IMG/VR virus record: IMGVR_UViG_3300043410_000565
Location: 28,236-92,235 of that record
Direction: 5' to 3' (one strand)
DNA from: a virus
Taxonomy: Duplodnaviria > Heunggongvirae > Uroviricota > Caudoviricetes
Length of the DNA stretch: 64,000 bases
Under the pieces are notes generated by a model. It did no database searches and was not told the origin of the DNA. It saw only the letters and a program-made list of their open reading frames with translations. Positions 8,692-17,381 of this stretch are shown here, in pieces; within the stretch, counting starts at the first letter, position 1; each line of letters begins with the position of its first letter. A program made the translations under genes and the position numbers.

Positions 8692-8715
8692 ACTTCTATT
8701 GAATAAGGAAACGAA

Positions 8716-9039
8716 ATGAACTTTACCAAAATCTCCCGTGAGTTGCTCGAATCGCTGACTTTCCGTGTCTTTACTAAAAATGACTACTATGGGTTCGCTG
8801 GGGTTATGTCGCCTGTTCCCCTGATCGCTGAGTTAGAAGACGAAGGCATCTGCGTTGTTATTGACGGTGATTTTGCTGAGCTTTATGCCTATGACGGATG
8901 CGCGAATTTCGAGTGTATTGATACCTGCGACAATATCCGTGAGCTTCAGTACAAATCCGAGGCGCAACTGAAAATCGAAGCCGAGATCGCTACTATGGAG
9001 AAGGCACTGGCTGAACTGAAGAAAACCCTACAGAATTGA
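8716..9039 (+). CDS. hypothetical early protein
   Basis: AAGGA RBS; downstream of promoter. Confidence 0.8.
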   Translation: MNFTKISRELLESLTFRVFTKNDYYGFAGVMSPVPLIAELEDEGICVVIDGDFAELYAYDGCANFECIDTCDNIRELQYKSEAQLKIEAEIATMEKALAELKKTLQN

Positions 9040-9044
9040 GGGGC

Positions 9045-9073
9045 TTTACTTTAATTCAGGTTGGCTGTATAAT
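9045..9073 (+). promoter_or_regulatory. early promoter cassette
   Basis: GAGGGG-C-TTTACT-17-TATAAT. Confidence 0.85.
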
Positions 9074-9100
9074 TCTTATATGATGATACGAAAGGGTGAT

Positions 9101-9307
9101 ATGAATACAGTGTTCAAGTCGAAGTCCCAGCTCCGCGAAGAAGGTGCTGATGCTCTCCAGGAATTCCTAGCCCGAGGCGGGAAAATCGAAGTGGTGAAAG
9201 CCCGAAAAGCACCCAAGCAAAAGATGCGTGCCAAGGCATCCCGAGGCGGATCCGCATCCACCAGTGGCTTTGCGGTTGGTTATGTTTCCTCTAAGATCGG
9301 AGCCTAA
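9101..9307 (+). CDS. hypothetical basic early protein
   Basis: GGGTG RBS; FLARGGKIEVVK motif seen in small phage proteins. Confidence 0.75.
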   Translation: MNTVFKSKSQLREEGADALQEFLARGGKIEVVKARKAPKQKMRAKASRGGSASTSGFAVGYVSSKIGA

Positions 9308-9309
9308 GC

Positions 9310-9543
9310 ATGTTGGTTTCTACCCAAGTCCGCAAGTACAACATCGCCACTAAAGACTACGAACTGATGGATCAGGTTGTGGAGGTGCTGACCGTTCACT
9401 TCGAGAAGGGGACGATGCGAGTCCGTTGGGTAGAGAACGATCCCCGCACATACCCAGCGTCACAGGGTAAAATCCAGACGGATAACATGAGCAACAAATC
9501 TTTCCTTGAACAATACAGCGTAGTGGAGAACAAGAATGCCTAA
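9310..9543 (+). CDS. hypothetical protein
   Basis: GGAG RBS. Confidence 0.7.
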   Translation: MLVSTQVRKYNIATKDYELMDQVVEVLTVHFEKGTMRVRWVENDPRTYPASQGKIQTDNMSNKSFLEQYSVVENKNA

Positions 9544-10006
9544 TTGGTGCGATAATACCCTTGAAGTGAGCCACGAAGACCCAGCAATGGTCAAACGACT
9601 GACCGATGCCTTTGCAGCTGGTCGTCTATGCGAAGAGTTCATCCCCTCGCCCAATGGTGAGTGGAGCTTTGACTTCAGCGTCAATAACTGGGGCACCAAG
9701 TGGGATGTTGGTGGGGATGACGGATACTGCGAGGCGGAAGGGCATAATGCTTCTATGAGCTTTCAATCAGCGTGGTCGCCACCCACTGGTCTGTATCCCG
9801 TGCTGGAAGAGCTAGGATTCATCGTCCGTGCCATGTACTATGAGCCAGGGATGGGATTCGCTGGCATCTATGAGGACGGGTTGGATGAGACCTATGAACT
9901 CGATGGCACCAGCGATGAGGTCAAGGAACAGATCCCAGCCGAGCTAGATGAGGCATTCTGCATCACCGAGAACATGGCTATGTTCGAAGAGGAGAACGAA
10001 GAATAA
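9536..10006 (+). CDS. DUF1281/Api92-like ferredoxin-fold protein
   Basis: MPNWCDN, NWGTKWD, FQSAWSPP, YYEPGMGFAG motifs. Confidence 0.8.
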   Translation: MPNWCDNTLEVSHEDPAMVKRLTDAFAAGRLCEEFIPSPNGEWSFDFSVNNWGTKWDVGGDDGYCEAEGHNASMSFQSAWSPPTGLYPVLEELGFIVRAMYYEPGMGFAGIYEDGLDETYELDGTSDEVKEQIPAELDEAFCITENMAMFEEENEE

Positions 10007-10054
10007 CCCTCATTTCCTGAGGGGTTTGACTTTAATTCAGGATTATCGTATAAT
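10005..10054 (+). promoter_or_regulatory. hairpin plus early promoter cassette
   Basis: CCCTCA-TTTCC-TGAGGG then TTGACT (10026)-17-TATAAT (10049). Confidence 0.85.
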
Positions 10055-10076
10055 CAATGTATTGAAGGAGAAAAGT

Positions 10077-10259
10077 ATGACTGTATTTGTTGCTGTTGCT
10101 GTCACTGAGTCTAGCGATCGCTATGTGTGGGTCTATGCCAAGGAGCCAACCCGTGATGAAGTCATTGAGCGTGTCTATGAGCTAGAGATGTGCGAAGATC
10201 TCGACTGGTACATGGACACCACGTCCGTGGCTATCTATGAGACGGAGGTTATCGAATAA
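10077..10259 (+). CDS. hypothetical early protein
   Basis: AAGGAG RBS then ATG 10077. Confidence 0.75.
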   Translation: MTVFVAVAVTESSDRYVWVYAKEPTRDEVIERVYELEMCEDLDWYMDTTSVAIYETEVIE

Positions 10260-10283
10260 CCATACGAGCATGAGGGGAATGGG

Positions 10284-10312
10284 TTTACTTTAATTCCAAT
10301 CCCTGTTATAAT
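10284..10312 (+). promoter_or_regulatory. early promoter cassette
   Basis: TTTACT-17-TATAAT. Confidence 0.85.
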
Positions 10313-10342
10313 TCTTATATGATGATTAGAAAAGGAAATGAA

Positions 10343-11248
10343 ATGACTGCTCGTATCGTGTTTGATAAGTCTTCTGAGAAGTTCGTTGGTTATGTTGGTA
10401 ACAAGGCTGTTGTTCGTTCTAAGTACAAAGCAGCTGTCGAGAAGCGCATTGCTGAACTCGGTGGCAATGTAGACTTTGCTGCAGCTGAGAAAGCAGCAGC
10501 TGACCGTGATGCGAAATTCGGTATTAATACACGATTCGAGTTTGTTGAGAAGTTGGTTAACATGGTCGCTGCTGGCGTCCAACCCTCTGCTGTGATCACT
10601 GGTGAAGGTGGTCTGGGCAAAACCTATACGGTGACCAAAACCCTTGAGTCCGCTGGTTACAAAGACATCAGCGACATGGGTGAATTCCAAGTTGGTCAAG
10701 TGGTCAACACTCGCAAGTGCTTCACCACTGTCAAGGGTTACTCTACTGCCAAGGGTTTGTATCGTACCCTCTTTGAGAACAACAAGTCGATCATTGTGTT
10801 CGATGACTGCGATGCCGTGCTCAAAGACCCAGTCGCTCTGAACTTGCTGAAGGGTGCTCTTGATTCCTACGGTAAGCGAATCATCAGCTGGAACGCTGAC
10901 ATGCGTGACGAAGATCTGCCTCGTTCGTTCAACTTTGAAGGTCGTGTTATCTTCATCTCCAACATGGACCAGAACAACATTGATCAAGCGATCCGTTCGC
11001 GTTCTATGCTGATTGACTTGTCCATGAATGCTGATCAAAAGATTGAGCGTATGGAAACCATCGCCAAGTGTGATTCGTTCATGCCTGAGTACGATGCCAA
11101 GATCAAGACCGATGCATTGAACCTGATCCGTGAGTTGAAGACTTCAGCCAAGGAAATCAGCCTCCGTACCCTGATCAGTGTTTGCAAGATCCGTGCGTCC
11201 AATCCCAAGGACTATGCTGCTCTCGCTGAATACATGATCTGCCAATAA
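10343..11248 (+). CDS. P-loop AAA-type ATPase
   Basis: Walker A GEGGLGKT, Walker B IIVFDDCD, LLKGALDS, RVIFISN. Confidence 0.85.
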   Translation: MTARIVFDKSSEKFVGYVGNKAVVRSKYKAAVEKRIAELGGNVDFAAAEKAAADRDAKFGINTRFEFVEKLVNMVAAGVQPSAVITGEGGLGKTYTVTKTLESAGYKDISDMGEFQVGQVVNTRKCFTTVKGYSTAKGLYRTLFENNKSIIVFDDCDAVLKDPVALNLLKGALDSYGKRIISWNADMRDEDLPRSFNFEGRVIFISNMDQNNIDQAIRSRSMLIDLSMNADQKIERMETIAKCDSFMPEYDAKIKTDALNLIRELKTSAKEISLRTLISVCKIRASNPKDYAALAEYMICQ

Positions 11249-11296
11249 CCCTCATGCCCTGAGGGGCTTTACTTTAATTAGACATTATCGTATAAT
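11246..11296 (+). promoter_or_regulatory. hairpin plus early promoter cassette
   Basis: CCCTCA-TGCCC-TGAGGG then TTTACT (11268)-17-TATAAT (11291). Confidence 0.85.
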
Positions 11297-11319
11297 TAAT
11301 GTAATGAAGGAGAAAAGAT

Positions 11320-11517
11320 ATGACCAAAGTTGAAGCGATCAAAGAACACATTGCCCTCCGTGAGCAGTTCTGGGGAAAGTATAGCAAGATGAAGTATGCA
11401 TATGGCTTCTTCCGTTGCTTGTTCCATAAGCAATCACTGATCGAAGGTGCTTCCGCTGGTCTTCGTGTTTACATCAAGGACTATGGTACAGCTGCTAATC
11501 TGAACAAGGCTCTCTAA
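11320..11517 (+). CDS. hypothetical early protein
   Basis: AAGGAG RBS. Confidence 0.75.
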   Translation: MTKVEAIKEHIALREQFWGKYSKMKYAYGFFRCLFHKQSLIEGASAGLRVYIKDYGTAANLNKAL

Positions 11518-11666
11518 TGTACACAGTCATCTTCCCCTCTGGTCGTATAATGACCTTTCACATCGAGTCGGTTGCCCGTATGTATGCAATGACCATGGAG
11601 TCAAAGCCAGGACAACTGATTACCCCACAAATTCTAGAAACACTGAAAAGGATGCAAAATGTTTGA
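11517..11666 (+). CDS. small hypothetical protein
   Basis: hand-translated MYTVIFPSGRIMTFHIE...; TAATG coupling. Confidence 0.6.
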   Translation: MYTVIFPSGRIMTFHIESVARMYAMTMESKPGQLITPQILETLKRMQNV

Positions 11667-11772
11667 AATGATGATCGCAATTCTCCAAGGACACTCAGCC
11701 AAGGTCGTTAAGGCAGTTGAGAAAGAACTCAAGCCCTATGTTAAGGAAGTCCGAGTGATCCGTAGGAAATAA
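11659..11772 (+). CDS. small hypothetical protein
   Basis: hand-translated MFEMMIAILQGHSAK...; AAGGA RBS. Confidence 0.5.
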   Translation: MFEMMIAILQGHSAKVVKAVEKELKPYVKEVRVIRRK

Positions 11773-11791
11773 CCCTCAATCTCCTATGGGC

Positions 11792-11820
11792 TTTACTTTA
11801 ATTACAAGATGCCTTATAAT
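11792..11820 (+). promoter_or_regulatory. early promoter cassette
   Basis: TTTACT-17-TATAAT. Confidence 0.85.
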
Positions 11821-11841
11821 TACTGTATTGATTAGGAGAAA

Positions 11842-12234
11842 ATGATGTACAGTTTCCAACCCCTCGCCACTATCCCAGTTGACCACAAAGGTTTCGTGGT
11901 CTTCTGTTTCATTGTTGGTGTGATCCTGTTGTTTGCACTGTTCAATGAACCAGAGGCATTCTTCGTGTACTTCTTCATTGGCACTGTGTTCCTGGGAGGC
12001 GTATATTACATCAGTTATCATGTCTGCGACCAAGAGCCAAAAGTCTTCAAGAACGAAGTCGTCATCGGTGAGTTCGTTGGCTATGAGTCCGAAGGGTACA
12101 AAGAGCGTTCTGGCAAGAGCTATGTTGACCGTCACTATACCTATGTCATCTACAAGACACCTGAAGGCAACGTGATGCTCCCTTGCGTCGTTGGTACACC
12201 ATACCCACAGCGTGCTACTCTCTACAAGAATTAA
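11842..12234 (+). CDS. hypothetical membrane protein (2 TM)
   Basis: AGGAG RBS; two hydrophobic stretches. Confidence 0.8.
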   Translation: MMYSFQPLATIPVDHKGFVVFCFIVGVILLFALFNEPEAFFVYFFIGTVFLGGVYYISYHVCDQEPKVFKNEVVIGEFVGYESEGYKERSGKSYVDRHYTYVIYKTPEGNVMLPCVVGTPYPQRATLYKN

Positions 12235-12258
12235 CCCTACACACCATATGGTTATCGC

Positions 12259-12287
12259 TTTACTTTAATTCGAGATCCTGGTATAAT
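12259..12287 (+). promoter_or_regulatory. early promoter cassette
   Basis: TTTACT-17-TATAAT. Confidence 0.85.
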
Positions 12288-12310
12288 AACTGTATAGATT
12301 GGAGAAATAT

Positions 12311-12472
12311 ATGACTGGTTCTATCCGTGCTTTCGTTGGTCTTGTAATCACTATGGGTGCTGCTGGTGGTATTGACACTGCCACTGATGCACAACTGTTC
12401 AGCTGTGTTGCTATGGCAGCAGTCGGTCTTGCGATCATGGCAAGTGGAGTATCCGCTATGCAACGAGCATAA
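12311..12472 (+). CDS. small membrane protein (53 aa)
   Basis: hand-translated MTGSIRAFVGLVITMGAAGGID...; GGAG RBS. Confidence 0.7.
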   Translation: MTGSIRAFVGLVITMGAAGGIDTATDAQLFSCVAMAAVGLAIMASGVSAMQRA

Positions 12473-12727
12473 ATTGGAGTTATAATGCCCATGCCTCGCG
12501 TATGGGTATGCGGTATGCGTCGGGTCAAAATTGGAGTTAAATGCGTCGTCTGGTGCGCCTCCCGTTGCGGTATGCGCATCGGTAAAAATAGATTTCAGGG
12601 TCCCCTTTTCTTATACCTAAACACGACCTAAACTCCCCCATCATATTATTCTCTCGCCAGCATAATCTCAAAAATACTTCCCACTTTTCAATGTGTTTTC
12701 TTTAAAAAATTTCCCGCAGAAAAAAAT

Positions 12728-12890
12728 TATGCTTAAAACCTCATTCTCTAAACAAGGTCTTTGGTACACCCTTTCTCATAAGGGTGAGACCGTTAATCAC
12801 CTATTCCGTATTGGCACCACTACAAAGGATGGTATGACCATTTACGAGATTATCGTATGGCGTTTGGCTATACAATGGAGTTTCAAATGA
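12728..12890 (+). CDS. hypothetical protein (start approximate)
   Basis: ORF track 12693..12890; internal ATG near 12728-12729 more plausible. Confidence 0.45.
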
Positions 12891-13069
12891 TTTTACTTAA
12901 TATGTTCCTCGTTATCTTCTGTGCATATATTGCAGGAGAGCTAAAATGTTCCATAGATATTGATCGGTTAGAAGATCGAGAAGTTCCGTGGTATCGCTAT
13001 GCATTGGTCTTTACGAACCTTCTTGCAAGTTTGCTTAACCTCATTATTTGTATTGGAATACATCGATGA
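12887..13069 (+). CDS. hypothetical membrane protein
   Basis: GGAG RBS; hydrophobic. Confidence 0.6.
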   Translation: MILLNMFLVIFCAYIAGELKCSIDIDRLEDREVPWYRYALVFTNLLASLLNLIICIGIHR

Positions 13070-13294
13070 AATACCGTGTTTATTACTGGAAGAAATTCCT
13101 TCAACAATTGGAGATTACTTGGCTCATTCTTTGGCACGGTGTAATTCGTAACGAAGGACATCATTCTGGTTGGGGTAAGGGTTGGTTCTACGGGAAGAAG
13201 AAATGACAGCATTATTTGGTTTCTTTATGGCAATTGCCTATGACGCACCCTTCTGGGTATTTTTAGTTGGTTTTCTTTGTTTAATGGCGGACTC

Positions 13295-13510
13295 ATGAAA
13301 GAATCTACTATTGGCGGGATTATCCTTGGATATATCCTAGCATTTATTTTAACATTTGGGCACGCTTATCACCAGATTCCCGATTCGGAGCAGCGTGAGT
13401 TCGCAGGGCAGATGTATACTGTGCACAACGGATTAGGTGCTAAAGCAGCTGGTGCGTTTCTTGCATCTATCTTTTGGCCATTGTATTGGTCAGCAAAGGC
13501 TTGGGAATGA
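13295..13510 (+). CDS. hypothetical membrane protein
   Basis: ORF track 13277..13510; MKESTIGG start with GCGGA RBS. Confidence 0.7.
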   Translation: MKESTIGGIILGYILAFILTFGHAYHQIPDSEQREFAGQMYTVHNGLGAKAAGAFLASIFWPLYWSAKAWE

Positions 13511-13692
13511 TTGAACGTTGTTTAGAGTGTGGTGCAAAAGCCACTTGGATGCGGTCAACGCAGTTTGCAGGTGACCATCCTTATTGTGAAGAACATGCTA
13601 AGTTGGAGAAGGACTTTGGTGTTTCGGATTCTTATGCTTACTGGTACGAAATAAAAATTTCGGGTTCCCCAGAGACAGAGACAACAGAGTAA
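13507..13692 (+). CDS. hypothetical Zn-finger-like protein
   Basis: CLECG...HPYCEEH; ATGA overlap. Confidence 0.7.
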   Translation: MIERCLECGAKATWMRSTQFAGDHPYCEEHAKLEKDFGVSDSYAYWYEIKISGSPETETTE

Positions 13693-13698
13693 TTTCGC

Positions 13699-13727
13699 TT
13701 GCCTTGCAAGAACTTTTATAGTATAAT
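13699..13727 (+). promoter_or_regulatory. sigma70-type promoter, leaderless geometry
   Basis: TTGCCT-17-TATAAT-6 nt-ATG. Confidence 0.7.
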
Positions 13728-13733
13728 AGTGGT

Positions 13734-13889
13734 ATGAATGATAAAGAAATAGAAGACTTCTATAATGAGCTAGTTGAGCACTATGGTGATGAACTGGTTA
13801 ATTTTGAACATTATCCTTTGCAGTTCGCCATGCAGGTGAAACTGTACAAATATTACAAGGAAGATAAAAATGAAAATAGCAGTGTGTAG
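13734..13889 (+). CDS. small hypothetical protein (51 aa)
   Basis: hand-translated MNDKEIEDFYNELVEHYGDELVNFEHYPLQF... Confidence 0.65.
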   Translation: MNDKEIEDFYNELVEHYGDELVNFEHYPLQFAMQVKLYKYYKEDKNENSSV

Positions 13890-14796
13890 TGACGTACACT
13901 TGGAATTTGGTCCACTTACTCTTGAGAACCCAGGAGGAGTGGATGTACTCATTTTGAGTGGAGATATCTTAGTTGAACGTGACCTAGACGAGTGGAATGA
14001 AGCTCAAGCTGGTCAGGGTTTCATGCGTTATCGTTCGGAGATGTTCCATACATTCTTCCAAGAGTGTTCTAGAGCGTTTCCTCACGTACTTTATGTTGCT
14101 GGTAACCATGAATCTTATCATGGGGACTTCGCTTACACCACTAAAGCCTTGAAACGCAAGTTCGCTTACCTTGAGAACGTTCATGTTCTTGATAAAGAGG
14201 TATTCAAGCTGGGTGATTACACGTTTGTTGGCTCTACTTTGTGGACTGACATGAACAATCGCGACCCTTTGACCTTGTATCACATGAAAGATTACATGAA
14301 CGACTTTAGAATCATCAAGAATTCTAACCGTTCGGTGTTCAGAAATGTGCCAATCTATGAATATGACTCAAATGGCAACGTTGCTCGCAATGAAGCAGGT
14401 CAACAAATTCAAATTGGTATGAAAAAGAAGGAAGACCCAGCTACTTTTACCCCTGAAGACGCTGTTGAAGAAAACGAAAAGTGTTTCGAGTTCATCAAAT
14501 TTGTGGTTTCAGAGGCTAAAGACCATGAAAAAGTCATTGTTGTTGGTCACCACACCCCTTCTCATCAATCTTGTCACCCTCGCTACAAGGATGATCAGAT
14601 AATGAACGGTGGTTATCACAATAACTACGAAGACTACATCATGGATCACCCAAAAATCGCTTTGTGGACTCATGGTCACACTCATGAACGCTACGATTAC
14701 ATGATCGGTGAAACTCGAATCATCTGTAATCCACGTGGTTACATGGGTCACGAGGCAATTTCCCGTGATTTTGAATTGAAAGTGGTGGAAGTCTGA
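13870..14796 (+). CDS. calcineurin-like metallophosphoesterase
   Basis: SDVHLE, GD, AGNHE, GHHTPS, HGHTH motifs. Confidence 0.9.
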   Translation: MKIAVCSDVHLEFGPLTLENPGGVDVLILSGDILVERDLDEWNEAQAGQGFMRYRSEMFHTFFQECSRAFPHVLYVAGNHESYHGDFAYTTKALKRKFAYLENVHVLDKEVFKLGDYTFVGSTLWTDMNNRDPLTLYHMKDYMNDFRIIKNSNRSVFRNVPIYEYDSNGNVARNEAGQQIQIGMKKKEDPATFTPEDAVEENEKCFEFIKFVVSEAKDHEKVIVVGHHTPSHQSCHPRYKDDQIMNGGYHNNYEDYIMDHPKIALWTHGHTHERYDYMIGETRIICNPRGYMGHEAISRDFELKVVEV

Positions 14797-14948
14797 TGAT
14801 TCGAACTGAAGAATTTGATAAAACCGATAAGGAGCGCGACGACGCATTAGAATATTACATGCGTCGTTGCTCTGAACTTGAAACTGAGAATAAAAATCTC
14901 AAAGAGCGACTTGCTCGTCTATTATGGAGTATGGAAGAACATGACTAA
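14796..14948 (+). CDS. small coiled-coil hypothetical protein
   Basis: hand-translated MIRTEEFDKTDKERDDALEYYMRRC...; TGATG coupling. Confidence 0.55.
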   Translation: MIRTEEFDKTDKERDDALEYYMRRCSELETENKNLKERLARLLWSMEEHD

Positions 14949-15144
14949 ATTTACCCTTGTGTGTGATCATTCTTGTGATCTAGATACACACGTTGTTACT
15001 CACACATTTAATGCTGAGTATTTACCCGATGTTCTTTTAAACATTGAACAATTCCTACGTGGTGCTGGTTATCACTTTGATGGTGTATTAACTATTGAAG
15101 AACCTCACTCTGAACACTATTACGATACTGAAAGAAACCGATGA
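14941..15144 (+). CDS. hypothetical protein
   Basis: MTKFTLVCDH...FLRGAGY; overlap. Confidence 0.7.
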   Translation: MTKFTLVCDHSCDLDTHVVTHTFNAEYLPDVLLNIEQFLRGAGYHFDGVLTIEEPHSEHYYDTERNR

Positions 15145-15512
15145 ATCCTTTTAACGATGTAGAAAAATTCCTAAACGCTGTTGGACAAAACCCACCTCCG
15201 TTCACCGTTGGCGAAAACCCTCAATCGCTTTTGTATAAAGAGTTGATTCGCGAGGAAATCAAAGAGTTCTGGGAAGCTGATGAAGCTAACGATGATGTTG
15301 AACGCTTGGATGCTTGCTTTGATATGATTTGGGTTATCGTTGGATATGCCCGTTCACGTGGTTGGGACTTTGACCTTGCTTGGGAAGAAGGTGCTGACTC
15401 TAACCTATCCAAAATTGATCCAGAGACTGGTTTGGTTCGTCGTCGTGAAGACGGTAAGATTCTGAAACCAGAAGGCTGGAAACCACCTAACTTTGAGCAA
15501 TTTGTAAAATGA
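15141..15512 (+). CDS. MazG-like/PRA-PH nucleoside triphosphate pyrophosphohydrolase
   Basis: LIREEIKEF, LDACFDMIWV, SNLSK, REDGKILKPEGWKPP. Confidence 0.85.
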   Translation: MNPFNDVEKFLNAVGQNPPPFTVGENPQSLLYKELIREEIKEFWEADEANDDVERLDACFDMIWVIVGYARSRGWDFDLAWEEGADSNLSKIDPETGLVRRREDGKILKPEGWKPPNFEQFVK

Positions 15513-15997
15513 TTACCTTATACCTAGACATGGATGGTGTACTCGCCGACTTCAATAAAGAGTACACAAAGTTTGACCCTGAAAAGGCTGACCGCAAACG
15601 TTTTCGCGAATCAGTCCTTCAACATCATATTTTTGAGAAGCTGGATTTTATGCCAGACACTCAAGAGTTACTAAACCACGTGTCTAGGTTACATGGGGTA
15701 ACTATTGAGATTTTGACCTCCATGGGTACTCATGAACCACTTCAAGCTCAAGAAGCTAAACATCAAAAGCTGAAATGGTTAGCTGCTAAGAATATCCCAT
15801 ACAAAGCTAACTTCGTACACAATAAACAAGAGAAAGCAAAATATGCCACTCCTAGAAGTATTCTTATTGATGACTCTGCTGGCTGTATTTCTCCCTTTAT
15901 TGAGGCTGGTGGTCACGGCATTCTTCATACTAATGCTTCTGATACCATTCGCATTCTTGACTCAACTATTCTTCAACTGAGAGCATTAGATGTTTGA
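15509..15997 (+). CDS. HAD-family 5'(3')-deoxyribonucleotidase
   Basis: LDMDGVLADF, ILTS, KLKWL, ILIDD. Confidence 0.85.
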   Translation: MITLYLDMDGVLADFNKEYTKFDPEKADRKRFRESVLQHHIFEKLDFMPDTQELLNHVSRLHGVTIEILTSMGTHEPLQAQEAKHQKLKWLAAKNIPYKANFVHNKQEKAKYATPRSILIDDSAGCISPFIEAGGHGILHTNASDTIRILDSTILQLRALDV

Positions 15998-16277
15998 TAT
16001 TTTAGCACCAACCTTCGACTGGATTAAGAATGACTTCAAAAGTAATAAACTTCGTTTTTGTCTTGAGGTCACTGCTTGGGTTCTTTCTATTAGTTGTTCT
16101 CTCGCTATGGCACTCACCGTTCCAAACCCACCTCTCAAGTATCTTTACACCCCTTGGGTCATTAGCACTAGCATATATGCTGGGTGTGCTTATAGTCGTC
16201 GTTCCTTTGGTATGTTGGCTAATTATATGCTTCTCGCGATCATCGACGGAATCGCATTAAGCCAGTGGTGGTTCTAA
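15990..16277 (+). CDS. hypothetical membrane protein
   Basis: three hydrophobic segments. Confidence 0.75.
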   Translation: MFDILAPTFDWIKNDFKSNKLRFCLEVTAWVLSISCSLAMALTVPNPPLKYLYTPWVISTSIYAGCAYSRRSFGMLANYMLLAIIDGIALSQWWF

Positions 16278-16525
16278 TGCAACTAACACAAAAATATATT
16301 AATTTACCTGTACCTCAACCACAACCATCAACTGCGCCATTTGTTAAACCTTTATCGTATGAGTTTCGTGTTGCAGAACTACTAGACGAAGAAGGTAAAA
16401 TTGAGAAGGTTCAATTACAGCTGCAAATTTGGGAACATGATGAATATGGGTCAGGTATTGTAAAGCAGCATTGGAGCGCTGTCCCTCGTATTAAAATTGA
16501 TAAAAATGGGTCAATAATCCCTTGA
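16277..16525 (+). CDS. hypothetical protein
   Basis: TAATG coupling. Confidence 0.7.
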   Translation: MQLTQKYINLPVPQPQPSTAPFVKPLSYEFRVAELLDEEGKIEKVQLQLQIWEHDEYGSGIVKQHWSAVPRIKIDKNGSIIP

Positions 16526-16550
16526 CTTTAATTCCGGATTAGGGTATAAT
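16522..16550 (+). promoter_or_regulatory. sigma70-type promoter, leaderless geometry
   Basis: TTGACT-17-TATAAT-6 nt-ATG 16557. Confidence 0.85.
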
Positions 16551-16556
16551 TATAGT

Positions 16557-17105
16557 ATGAATATCTTTTATGTACACCCCGATCCTGTCATCTGTGCTCA
16601 ACAGCACGTTGACAAACACGTGGTCAAAATGATCTTAGAATATGCCCAACTTCTTAGTACTGCTCATCGTGTTCTTGATGGTTCCATTAGTGTTGGTCTA
16701 TCCCCTAAAGGACGGAAGAAAACCAGTTACAAACTTGCCGATGATCGCGATGCCGTTCTGTATTCTGCTACCCATCTTAATCACCCGTCTGCTAAATGGG
16801 CTCGGCACTCACTCTCCAACTATCAACATCTTTTCAAACTTTGGATTGAATTGATGCGCGAGTATCATTATCGTTATGGCAAGATTCATGCGTCAATGCG
16901 TCTTGCTAAACACCTCAAGAATCCACCAACTAATATCCCCACATCAGAAGGTTTCTCTGCTCCATGGCGAGCAATGCCTGATGAATACAAATTTGACCGC
17001 AGTGAACCTAACTACACTGTTAGATCATATCGTGCATATATCCTTGGCGCAAAAAGTCAAATGCTTAAATGGAAAAATCGCGAAACACCTGAATGGGTTC
17101 GCTAA
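16557..17105 (+). CDS. pyrimidine-dimer DNA glycosylase/DenV-family protein
   Basis: MNIF...DKHVVKMILEYAQLLSTAH, THLNHPSAKWAR, EYHYRYGKIH. Confidence 0.75.
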   Translation: MNIFYVHPDPVICAQQHVDKHVVKMILEYAQLLSTAHRVLDGSISVGLSPKGRKKTSYKLADDRDAVLYSATHLNHPSAKWARHSLSNYQHLFKLWIELMREYHYRYGKIHASMRLAKHLKNPPTNIPTSEGFSAPWRAMPDEYKFDRSEPNYTVRSYRAYILGAKSQMLKWKNRETPEWVR

Positions 17106-17126
17106 ATAGGTTTGTAAGGAGTTATA

Positions 17127-17369
17127 ATGCCAACATATGATTTTAGAAATAAAGACACTGGCGAAGTGTTTGAGAAAATTATGAAAATTGCTGAGAAAGA
17201 GCAATATCTCATTGACAATCCCCACATCGAACAAGCAATTGTGAGCGCACCAGCGTTCACTGGTGATCACATCATCATTAAAAAGGATTCAGGTTTTAAG
17301 GAGGTGTTACAGAAAATTAACGAACGAGTGCCAGGTGGCATGAAACAAAGCGGATCTTCTCAACTATAA
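17127..17369 (+). CDS. FmdB-like small regulatory protein (no Cys)
   Basis: MPTYDFRNKDTGEVFE...GFKEVLQKI; late-promoter motif CTAAATA at 17102. Confidence 0.65.
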   Translation: MPTYDFRNKDTGEVFEKIMKIAEKEQYLIDNPHIEQAIVSAPAFTGDHIIIKKDSGFKEVLQKINERVPGGMKQSGSSQL

Positions 17370-17381
17370 TAAGGGGTATGC

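Noticed and set aside
10235-11038. 267-aa minus-strand ORF and similar long antisense/alternate-frame ORFs (e.g. 3556..4014, 24140..24508, 32524..32841)
   Set aside because: They are shadows of well-supported genes, with no RBS, promoter or recognisable motif
12265-12579. Minus-strand ORF across the repeat junction
   Set aside because: It overlaps a promoter and a plus-strand gene, is low-complexity, and has no minus-strand promoter or RBS
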